In this document: positions 49,482 to 57,829 of the stretch, piece by piece | How the letters are laid out: each line of letters starts with the position of its first letter | Numbering within the stretch: position 1 is the stretch's first letter | The notes under the pieces: generated by a model | The model's input: the letters and a program-made list of their open reading frames with translations, nothing else | What the model was told of the DNA's origin: nothing | The model's database searches: none | Position numbers and translations under genes: made by a program | Assembly: GCA_902802945.1 (NCBI GenBank) | Contig: CADCOC010000010.1 | Location: 1,049 to 65,048, forward strand | Source of the DNA: an uncultured bacterium | Lineage (GTDB): Bacteria; Verrucomicrobiota; Kiritimatiellia; RFP12; UBA1067 | Direction: 5' to 3' | DNA: 64,000 nucleotides

Positions 49482-50524
49482 ACGTGACATCCGAACCAGC
49501 GCGATTTGTCTATCCGACTTGCCGTCTAGTGCGCGGGTCCCAGGCGTCCCTTGACGCCGCGCTCGCGCGTTTTAACGCGCAACCAGTCGACGATGTTCGT
49601 CTCGCACCGCAGAACTGGCGTGGCTGGCCCGCGAAGCGCACCACGCTTGCCTCCGAGGAGAGCGTGGTGGGCGTGGGCACGTTTCGTGGACGCGAACGCC
49701 GCACGATCACGTTCGCGCCGTCAACGCGCCCCGGCTGGTGGATTCGTCGCACGGACCAGCCGGAGCAGCTGGACACGGGCGTGGACATCGCGAACCTCTG
49801 GACATCTGCGCGCAACCTCGTGCTGCGCTCGGGCTCTCCCCACAACTACCTGCGCATGGTCGAGCACATCGTTGCGCTCCGGGCCGGACTCGGCCTCGAC
49901 AACGTCGTGCTCAAGACGAACTCGGGCGATCCGCCCCTTTTCGACGAGTCGTCCCTCCCGCTCGTCGAGGCCGTGGAGAAGGCGGGCATCGTGGAGACGG
50001 ACGAGGATGCCACTTACGTGACCGTGAAGGAGCCCGTCGCCTTCTGCGGCACGCGCGGCGATTTTCTCCTTTTCCTACCCGACGACGGAGCGCGTCGTCT
50101 CCGTCTCGACGTGGCCATCAGTTGGAACACCATCATAGGCGACCAGCGCGTCGTCTTCGATGTGACGCCCGAGACGTTCCGCTACGCTTCCTACGCGCGT
50201 ACCAACGCGACGCATCGCCAATACCTGCTTGCGAAGACCGTCGGACTCCTCTTCGCCGACACGCGAAACCTCGGCTACGACAAGAAGAACATCCTCATCC
50301 ACGGCCCCGGACGCTGGTATGGCGAGCCGCGTTTCCTGCTGCAGGGAACCGATAAGTACCTTGAACCCGTCTGGCACCGCGCCGCGCTCGACCTGCTCGC
50401 CGCCCTCGCGCTCACCGGCCCCGACCGCTTCGTGGGCACGGTCGTGAGCTACCGCGCCGGGCACACGCAGGACTGCGACGCCGTCCGCGCACTCTACCGC
50501 AACGACCTGCTCGCACAGGCATAA
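49478..50524 (+). CDS. LpxC-family UDP-3-O-acyl-N-acetylglucosamine deacetylase-like protein
   Basis: MVEHIVALRAGLGLDNVVL...PPLFDESSLPLVEAV and HRAALDLLAALAL...SYRAGH parallel the LpxC motifs (TVEHLLSAL.GLGIDN, HK.LD..GDL). GTG 49478 gives a GTGA overlap; 49472 or 49484 are also possible. Confidence 0.55.
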   Translation: MNVTSEPARFVYPTCRLVRGSQASLDAALARFNAQPVDDVRLAPQNWRGWPAKRTTLASEESVVGVGTFRGRERRTITFAPSTRPGWWIRRTDQPEQLDTGVDIANLWTSARNLVLRSGSPHNYLRMVEHIVALRAGLGLDNVVLKTNSGDPPLFDESSLPLVEAVEKAGIVETDEDATYVTVKEPVAFCGTRGDFLLFLPDDGARRLRLDVAISWNTIIGDQRVVFDVTPETFRYASYARTNATHRQYLLAKTVGLLFADTRNLGYDKKNILIHGPGRWYGEPRFLLQGTDKYLEPVWHRAALDLLAALALTGPDRFVGTVVSYRAGHTQDCDAVRALYRNDLLAQA

Positions 50525-50547
50525 ACGACCTCCAGGCGGAAGACGCC

Positions 50548-51270
50548 ATGTCAGACCTTTCGGCCGAAATACACTTCTTCATGCGCTCGCTGGAGCTAAT
50601 AGCCGCCTTCGCGGGCGCCATATCCGGCGTGCGGCTTGCGAGCGTCAAGCGCTTTGACTGGTTCGGCGCGAACGTGATCGGCTTCATAACCGCGGCCGGC
50701 GGCGGAACTCTGCGCGACATCCTGCTACGCGTCGAGCCTTTCTGGATGACCGATCCCTCCTACCTGCTCGTGACGGCGCTCGCCGTGGTCTCAATCTGGC
50801 TGTTCAGCCGGCGCTTCATCAGCGGGCAGATAACATGGTTCGCCTTCGACACTATCTCGATTTCACTTTTCATGATGATCGGTCTGCAAAAGGCGATAAC
50901 GTGCGGCTACGCGCCGTGGTGCGCCATCGTGCTCGGCGTCGTGACGGCGGTGTTCGGCGGCATCCTGCGCGACATCTTCATCAACGAGGTTCCCCTGATT
51001 TTCCGCAAGGAACTCTACGCCCTCGCATGCGCAGCCGGCGGAATCCTCTATTTTCTCCTGCCATTCGTCGGCGTGGAGAGCGTCTATGTGCGCAACATTT
51101 CAGGCATGGCGCTTATCTTCGTGATTCGCGCGCTCGCGATCAAGTACCATCTCGGCGTACCCGTCCTTACTGGCCACGGTGCCACGTTCCACCACAGCAA
51201 AAAGAAACTGGGTGCTCGATGGGTTGATAAAAGGAACTTGAAACTAACATCAAAGAAAGAAGAGGCATGA
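50548..51270 (+). CDS. trimeric intracellular cation channel (TRIC/UPF0126, YadS-like) family membrane protein
   Basis: Duplicated signature GGGTLRDILL and FGGILRDIF. Seven hydrophobic segments. Confidence 0.82.
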   Translation: MSDLSAEIHFFMRSLELIAAFAGAISGVRLASVKRFDWFGANVIGFITAAGGGTLRDILLRVEPFWMTDPSYLLVTALAVVSIWLFSRRFISGQITWFAFDTISISLFMMIGLQKAITCGYAPWCAIVLGVVTAVFGGILRDIFINEVPLIFRKELYALACAAGGILYFLLPFVGVESVYVRNISGMALIFVIRALAIKYHLGVPVLTGHGATFHHSKKKLGARWVDKRNLKLTSKKEEA

Positions 51271-52667
51271 CCATGAAAGTAAACAGAAGATCGTTCATCC
51301 AGACGGCGATTGCGGCGGGCGCGTATTCCTGCTTCGCGGGAAGCCGCGCGTTCAAGTCCGGCGACAAGGTGCGCCTCGCGTGCGTGGGCATCGGCCAGCA
51401 GGCGTGGGGCGACATCAGGAGCTTCGCCGGCACGAAGCTCGTCGAGATCGCCGCGCTGTGTGACACGGACCTCGATGGCAAGCAGTGTGTCGCGGCGTTG
51501 AAGCGCTATCCCAACGTGCCGCGCTTCACCGACTTCAGGAAGATGCTGGACGCGATGGAGGGCAAGATCGACGCGGTCGCCGTCATGACGCCCGACTTCT
51601 CCCACTTCCCCGCGCTGATGGCCGCGATGAAGCGCGGGCTCCCCGTGTTCTCCGAAAAACCGCTCGCCCACACGTTCGAGGAGTGCGAGCTGCTGATGAA
51701 GGCCGCCGCGAAGTACGGCGTCGCCACGCAGATGGGCAACCAGGGGCACAGCGGGGCGAACTACTGGCAGTTCAAGCACTACGTCGAGACGGGCGTCATC
51801 GACGTTTCGCAGCTGAAGCACCTCACGGCGCACATGAACAACCCGCGCCGCTGGCACAAGTGGAACGGAAAGGTCTCCGCGTTCCCGACCGGCGAGAAGA
51901 TGCCGAAGGGGATTGACTGGGACACGTGGCTCGGCACCGCGACGTACCACGAATACTCGAAGGACTACGTGCAGGGCGAGTGGCGCAGCTGGTACGACTT
52001 CGGCAACGGCGCGCTCGGCGACTGGGGCGCACACACGATGGACACGATGCACCGCTTCTTCGACCTGGGGCTGCCGACGGAAGTCTCGATCCGCGACGTC
52101 AAGGGCTGGAACCCGTTCGTGTTCCCGATGCAGGACACGCTCACGTTCAAGTTCGCGGCGAAAGGAAAGCGTCCCGCGATCGAGCTCGACTGGTACGAAG
52201 GCACCGGCAACAAGCCGACGCTGCCGAAGGGATACCGTCCGCAGGGCTGGAACCCCGACATCCCCGCCGCGAAGGGCTCGACGGCGGCCGACGCCGCGAA
52301 GCGGCTCGTCCCCGGCAAGTTCTTCGAGATGAAGGACGGGACGGTCTGGCAGGGCGCGTCGCACGGTTCGCCGATCCTGATGTGCGACACGGACGGCAAG
52401 GTGCCGAAGTACCCGAAGCCGGGCTCGAACCACTACAAGAACTTCCTCCTCGCGGTCATGGGCAAGGAGCAGACGCGCTCTCCCTTCTCCGTCACGGGGC
52501 CGCTCTCGGAGGTCTTCTGCCTCGGCTGCATCGCCCAGCGCCTCAACCGCGGGTTCAAGTTCGACCCGACGACGAAGCAGATCGTCGGCGACGACGAGGC
52601 CAACGCACTCCTGAAGGGCTCGAAGGGCACTCCGCGCAAGGGCTGGGAAGAGTTCTACAGGGTGTAG
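51267..52667 (+). CDS. Gfo/Idh/MocA family oxidoreductase with a twin-arginine signal
   Basis: Tat-like NRRSFIQTAIAAGA. Rossmann motif LACVGIGQQAWGD. 466 aa. Confidence 0.82.
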   Translation: MTMKVNRRSFIQTAIAAGAYSCFAGSRAFKSGDKVRLACVGIGQQAWGDIRSFAGTKLVEIAALCDTDLDGKQCVAALKRYPNVPRFTDFRKMLDAMEGKIDAVAVMTPDFSHFPALMAAMKRGLPVFSEKPLAHTFEECELLMKAAAKYGVATQMGNQGHSGANYWQFKHYVETGVIDVSQLKHLTAHMNNPRRWHKWNGKVSAFPTGEKMPKGIDWDTWLGTATYHEYSKDYVQGEWRSWYDFGNGALGDWGAHTMDTMHRFFDLGLPTEVSIRDVKGWNPFVFPMQDTLTFKFAAKGKRPAIELDWYEGTGNKPTLPKGYRPQGWNPDIPAAKGSTAADAAKRLVPGKFFEMKDGTVWQGASHGSPILMCDTDGKVPKYPKPGSNHYKNFLLAVMGKEQTRSPFSVTGPLSEVFCLGCIAQRLNRGFKFDPTTKQIVGDDEANALLKGSKGTPRKGWEEFYRV

Positions 52668-52692
52668 TGCATACACCTAACGAAGGATAGTA

Positions 52693-53925
52693 ATGAAACC
52701 CGAGAAGATTACCATGCAGGGCGGGCACCTGGTCGTGCCCGAAAATCCCATTATTCCTTTCATCGAAGGCGACGGCACCGGACCCGACATCACGCGCGCG
52801 GCGATGACCGTGTGGAACGCTGCCGTGAAGTCGGCTTACGGCGACGCGCGCAAGATCGAGTGGAAGGAAGTGTACGCCGGCGAGAAGGCGAACGCGGTGT
52901 TCGGTCCGAATACGTGGCTTCCGCAGGAAACGCTCGACGCATGCCGCGAGTATCTCGTCTCGATCAAGGGCCCGCTCACCACGCCCGTCGGCGGCGGCAT
53001 CCGCTCGATCAACGTGGCGATGCGCCAGCAGCTTGACCTCTACGTGTGCCTGCGTCCCGTCAGGTGGTTCAAGGGCGTGCCCTCGCCCGTGAAGCACCCC
53101 GAGCTCACCGACATGGTGATCTTCCGCGAGAACACCGAGGATATCTACGCCGGCATCGAGTGGATGAACGGCACGCCCGAGGTGGAGAAGGTGAAGAAGT
53201 TCCTGATCGAGGAAATGGGCGTGAAGAAGATCCGCTTCCCCGAAACGGCGTCGATCGGCATCAAGCCCGTGTCCGTGGAGGGCACGGAGCGCCTCGTGAA
53301 GGCCGCGCTCGACTACGCGATCGCGAACGACCGGAAATCCGTCACGCTCGTCCACAAGGGTAACATCCAGAAGTTCACCGAGGGAGCGTTCCGCGACTGG
53401 GGCTACGCCCTCGCGAAGCGCGACTACGGCGCGACGCTGATTGACAAGGGACCATGGTGCGAGTTCAAAAACCCGAAGACCGGCCGCACGATTACGGTGA
53501 AGGACTGCATCTGCGACGCGTTCCTCCAGCAGATCCTCACGCGCCCCGCCGAGTACGACGTGATCGCGACGCTCAACCTCAACGGCGACTACGTCTCGGA
53601 CGCGCTTGCCGCAACGGTCGGCGGCATCGGCATTGCGCCCGGCGCGAACATCAACTACCAGACGGGCGTCGCCGTCTTCGAGGCTACGCACGGCACCGCG
53701 CCGAAGTACGCGAACCTTGACAAGGTCAACCCCGGCTCGCTCATCCTTTCCGGCGAGATGATGCTCCGTTACATGGGCTGGACCGAGGCAGCCGACAAGA
53801 TCATCGCCGCGATGGACAAGGTGATCGCCGCGAAGACCGTCACCTACGACTTTGCCCGCCAGATGGAAGGCGCGACGGAAATTTCTTGCTCCGCGTTCGG
53901 CAATGCCCTCGCGGCTGCCATGTAA
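52693..53925 (+). CDS. icd: NADP-dependent isocitrate dehydrogenase
   Basis: Motifs [34 protein letters not shown] and [13 protein letters not shown]. 410 aa. Confidence 0.93.
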   Translation: MKPEKITMQGGHLVVPENPIIPFIEGDGTGPDITRAAMTVWNAAVKSAYGDARKIEWKEVYAGEKANAVFGPNTWLPQETLDACREYLVSIKGPLTTPVGGGIRSINVAMRQQLDLYVCLRPVRWFKGVPSPVKHPELTDMVIFRENTEDIYAGIEWMNGTPEVEKVKKFLIEEMGVKKIRFPETASIGIKPVSVEGTERLVKAALDYAIANDRKSVTLVHKGNIQKFTEGAFRDWGYALAKRDYGATLIDKGPWCEFKNPKTGRTITVKDCICDAFLQQILTRPAEYDVIATLNLNGDYVSDALAATVGGIGIAPGANINYQTGVAVFEATHGTAPKYANLDKVNPGSLILSGEMMLRYMGWTEAADKIIAAMDKVIAAKTVTYDFARQMEGATEISCSAFGNALAAAM

Positions 53926-53940
53926 GAAAAGGAGGATGCC

Positions 53941-55311
53941 ATGATTCGTTCATTTACTGCTCATTACGCGATGTTCGCGGCCGCCGCGCTTGCGTGCGCG
54001 GTTACGGGTTGCCGCACGGCGCAGCCGACCGACTTCCGCGACGTGGTGCTGCAGGCGAAGGAGAAGGTGTTCCCGTCGCTTGTGTACGTGCGCGTGGTGT
54101 GCAAGGACCTTGACGACGGAAAGGACGGCAAGCACACCGCGTCGGGTTCCGGCGTGGTGATCACGGAGGACGGCGAACTGCTCACGAACCATCACGTGAT
54201 CGACAAGGCGGTGGAGATTCGCTGCCTCCTCTCCGACGGCACGTCGTACGACGCGAAGGTGCTGGGGTCGGACAAGGACATGGACGTGGCCCTCCTGAAG
54301 CTGCAGATGCCGGAAGGCGCGCCGCGTCTGCGCGCCGCCGCGCTCTCGTCCGAGCCCGTGAACGTGGGCGACGTGGTGCTCGCGATGGGCGCGCCGTGGG
54401 GACTCGCCCGCTCCGTCACGATGGGCATCGTGTCCTGCACCGACCGCTACCTCGAGAAGTGCGGACAGTACACGCTCTGGTACCAGACCGACGCCGCCAT
54501 CTCGCCCGGCAATTCCGGCGGGCCGCTCGTCGACACGGCGGGCCGCGTGGTGGGGCTGAACGCGCGCGGCAATCTCTCGGGCGCGCAGGCTTTCACCATT
54601 CCCTCTCCCACGATCCTGGAGGTGCTGCCCTATCTCCGCGAGAAGGGCAACGCGAACTGGAGCTGGTTCGGTTTCCAGTTCCAGCCGCTCCACGACTTCA
54701 ACCGCAACACCTACTTCCCGTTCACGAACGGCGTGATCGTGGCGGGCACGGAAATCGGCTCGCCGGCGCGGAAGGCCGGCTTCAAGGTGAACGACCGCAT
54801 TGTGGCGGTGGACGGCGTTCCCGTCACGGCGCTCAACGCCGAGGACCTGCCCGCCCTCGAGCGGCGTCTCGGCAGATTCCCGGTGGGCAAGGCGGTGAAA
54901 ATCGACTACGCGCGGGGCGGCGAGGCCCTCTCCGCGTCGGTGGCGCCGCGTGAGAAAGGGAAGGTCGAAGGCACTGAAAAGGTGTATCCGCGCTGGGGCT
55001 TCACGGCGAAGGAAATCAACCGCTTCAATGAGCCGGACCTTGCGTTCTTCGCGCCGTCCGGCGGCGTGTACGTCGCTGCCACGGCTTGGGAGGGCAACGC
55101 CGCAAACTCCGGTTTGAAGCGCAGGGACATCGTGAAGTCGATGGACGGAAAGAAGGTCGAGACGCTCGAGGACCTCGACGCGCTCTACAAGAAGGCCCTC
55201 GACGGCCTGCCCGCTCAGGACAAGATGTCCGTCACCGTGGACCGCAAGGGCCGCGAGCTGCAATTTATTCTCAAGTACCGTGAAGACACCGAAAAGGACG
55301 ACCTGCAATGA
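53941..55311 (+). CDS. HtrA/DegP-family periplasmic serine endoprotease with PDZ domains
   Basis: Catalytic triad contexts GELLTNHHVI, DVALLKL and SPGNSGGPLVD. Two PDZ-like regions (GSPARKAGFKVNDRIVAVDG). Confidence 0.85.
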   Translation: MIRSFTAHYAMFAAAALACAVTGCRTAQPTDFRDVVLQAKEKVFPSLVYVRVVCKDLDDGKDGKHTASGSGVVITEDGELLTNHHVIDKAVEIRCLLSDGTSYDAKVLGSDKDMDVALLKLQMPEGAPRLRAAALSSEPVNVGDVVLAMGAPWGLARSVTMGIVSCTDRYLEKCGQYTLWYQTDAAISPGNSGGPLVDTAGRVVGLNARGNLSGAQAFTIPSPTILEVLPYLREKGNANWSWFGFQFQPLHDFNRNTYFPFTNGVIVAGTEIGSPARKAGFKVNDRIVAVDGVPVTALNAEDLPALERRLGRFPVGKAVKIDYARGGEALSASVAPREKGKVEGTEKVYPRWGFTAKEINRFNEPDLAFFAPSGGVYVAATAWEGNAANSGLKRRDIVKSMDGKKVETLEDLDALYKKALDGLPAQDKMSVTVDRKGRELQFILKYREDTEKDDLQ

Positions 55312-57500
55312 AAAAGCCAGTAAAGACCGTACTGATTAGCCTGGTGGCGGCAGCCGCCATCACGTGCGCGGCGGACAGTCCGCGCGACATCGCCGCGACG
55401 CGCGCCCTGGTGAAGGAGCATGCGCGGTCGGCCGTGGCCGTGGAGGTGCGCTTCAAGGCACCCGAGGGCGATGAATCCACGGGATTCAACATCCCCTACA
55501 TGTGTCCGAACTGCAACCGGACGCATTACAACAGCCTGTCGGACTACGTGGGGGACGACAAGCCGCTCGTCATGGCCGGATATGTGGTGGGGCCGGACCG
55601 CGTGATGGTGCAGGACCTCACCGTGCGCTCGAACTTTGTGGATTCCGTCGTGATTGAATTCGACGGACGTCGGTACAAGGCCGCGCCCGTGCGTCGGTAT
55701 CCCGAACAGGCCGCTGTCGAACTCAAGGCAGAACGACCGATCGAAGGGGCGAAGCCGCTTGCGTTTACGGGAGGGAACGTCTCCGCCGAAGAGGCCAAGT
55801 TCTTCTTCCATGCGAAGGAGGACGGGTTGTTTGTCTCGGGACTTCTGCCGGGGAGCGCGCTCAAGTTCCGGCACTACGCTGGAATCGGCAAAGATCTCGC
55901 CCCGATGCCCGCGAACGTGATCGTCCTCGACGCGAAGAACCGGCCCGTGTCGCTCTCCTTCACGTCGCCTGTCGTTCTGGGCGAGAAGGGATTCACCGCG
56001 CCCAAGACGTGGAAGGGCGAAGAGCCGTTTGCCTTCGATGCGCGTCTCGACGCGATGCAGAAGAAGGTGAATGCGTCTCTCGTTCCCGTCTATGTCCACC
56101 GCGAGGAGGAGAAGCGCAGTTCCGGTCGTTCGCGCTTTTCGATCCGGATTCGCGGGGAGGACGACGGCAAGGGACTTGACATCGACGTGGTGGGCTATGC
56201 CCTGCCGAACGGCGAGCTGCTGGTGCCGTTGAACCTCGACGCCTCGATGACCGCCGAGATCGACAAACTCGAGGCAGTGATGCCGGACGGCAAGCGGATG
56301 CCGCTTGAATACGTCGGCGCTTTTGACAAGTACGCGCTCGCGGTCGTCCGCTTCCCCGACGGCAAGCATCCGGCCGGCGTCGTGCCGATGAAGCTGTACA
56401 GCGGCAAGGTGGAAGACCTCATGCTCCGCAAGCTCTACACGCTGTCCGTACGGAGCATGGACGGCGTCCTTTCAGGCGAGCTTCTGCAGGAACGCGCCCT
56501 CAAGTTCGAGACAGTACGCGGCGGCGAGACGGTGCCGGATGTGCGACTCAACGCCCAGAATGGACGCCTCCCGTTCGCCGTTACCGAAGACGGGGAGTTC
56601 GTGATGGGGAAATGCAATCGGCGCACCGGGAAGGAATGGTCGCGCGATACGGTCGTCTCGTCCACGTCGCTCGCCACGCTGCTCGGGGACAGGAAGTTCA
56701 ATCCCGAATACGCGATCCGCAAGGGCAAGGACCGCATTCGCGTCGCGTGGATCGGCGTGGAGACGCAGCCCATGACAGCGGACCTCGCGCGCGAGAAGAA
56801 GTCGGCCGGTTTCCTGAAGGCGTTCCGTACCGAGGGTGCGCTCGTGGGGCGCGTGTTCGCCGGATCGCCTGCCGAGAAGGCGGGGATTCGTCCGGGCGAC
56901 GTGCTGCTCTATGCGCGGCGGGACGGCGAGAACGAGCGCATCGCGCTTGAGGCGTCGTCGCGGTTTGGCGGCAGTTTCGATCTTTCGGAGCTCATCGATC
57001 GGCTTGAAGGCAGTCGGCTGGAGATATTCGATGCGGACGACTTCGCGCCGTGGCCGGACGTCGAAAAGGGCGTGAACGAGGTGTTCACGCGTTTCGGTAT
57101 CGGCACGACCGTGGAGGTGGGATACGTTTCGGACGGACAGAAGAAGGAGGTCAAGCTGACACTTGCGCAGACGCCTGTCCACTTCAGGAACGCGAAGCGC
57201 TTCAAGAGCAAGACGCTGGGAGCGGCGTTCGCCGACCTCACGTTCGAGGTGCGCGGGTTCTTCAAGCTTGAGGACGATGCGCCGGGCGTGGTGGTGAGCA
57301 AGGTCAAGCCTGGCGACCCGGCGGCCGTGGCGGGGCTGCGTCCGCTTGAGATCGTTACGCACGTGGACGACAAGCCCGTCGCCGACGTGAAGGCGCTGCG
57401 CGAGGCCGTCAACGGCAAGACGGAGTTCAACCTCTCCGTACGCCGCCTCGCGGCTACGCGCATTGTCCGTGTGAAGATGCAGTCCGACAACCGCGATTGA
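55308..57500 (+). CDS. large PDZ-domain protein (possibly an inactive protease-like partner of HtrA)
   Basis: ATGA overlap with htrA-like gene. Signal peptide. PDZ motifs GSPAEKAGIRPGDVLL and GDPAAVAGLRPLEIVTHVD. No clear catalytic triad. Confidence 0.65.
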   Translation: MKKPVKTVLISLVAAAAITCAADSPRDIAATRALVKEHARSAVAVEVRFKAPEGDESTGFNIPYMCPNCNRTHYNSLSDYVGDDKPLVMAGYVVGPDRVMVQDLTVRSNFVDSVVIEFDGRRYKAAPVRRYPEQAAVELKAERPIEGAKPLAFTGGNVSAEEAKFFFHAKEDGLFVSGLLPGSALKFRHYAGIGKDLAPMPANVIVLDAKNRPVSLSFTSPVVLGEKGFTAPKTWKGEEPFAFDARLDAMQKKVNASLVPVYVHREEEKRSSGRSRFSIRIRGEDDGKGLDIDVVGYALPNGELLVPLNLDASMTAEIDKLEAVMPDGKRMPLEYVGAFDKYALAVVRFPDGKHPAGVVPMKLYSGKVEDLMLRKLYTLSVRSMDGVLSGELLQERALKFETVRGGETVPDVRLNAQNGRLPFAVTEDGEFVMGKCNRRTGKEWSRDTVVSSTSLATLLGDRKFNPEYAIRKGKDRIRVAWIGVETQPMTADLAREKKSAGFLKAFRTEGALVGRVFAGSPAEKAGIRPGDVLLYARRDGENERIALEASSRFGGSFDLSELIDRLEGSRLEIFDADDFAPWPDVEKGVNEVFTRFGIGTTVEVGYVSDGQKKEVKLTLAQTPVHFRNAKRFKSKTLGAAFADLTFEVRGFFKLEDDAPGVVVSKVKPGDPAAVAGLRPLEIVTHVDDKPVADVKALREAVNGKTEFNLSVRRLAATRIVRVKMQSDNRD

Positions 57501-57829
57501 CGCAAATCTCCGGTACCAATGATCGCGGTTACAACACACCCGTAAATTCGATTGACTGTGCCGGCATCTACTCCGGTGTCCTTGCGGACGGCGGAATGCG
57601 TTGCCGAAGAGGTTGGCGGCGTACTTCTCCTGACGACGGAAGACGGCAACACGTATTTGTTCGACATTGCCTGCGGCGCGCTCGGAGGGCACCCCACTTG
57701 CACGGACGGGGCGGATTTGCTATACTTCCAACGCTAGAACTTTCCAGCGCTCAAGACGAAGTTAAAGTGAGGACTGGAATTGTAGGTCTTTTTCTTCAAT
57801 AACATGGCTTGCCATGGAAAGGTGCAACT

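Noticed and set aside
56347-56366. CGCTTCCCCGACGG, which matches the tail of the GAAGCG hairpin family, inside the PDZ-protein gene
   Set aside because: No complementary GAAGCG arm lies upstream. The match is explained by codons for RFPDG, and CCCCGACGGCAAG also occurs at 16911 encoding PDGK.
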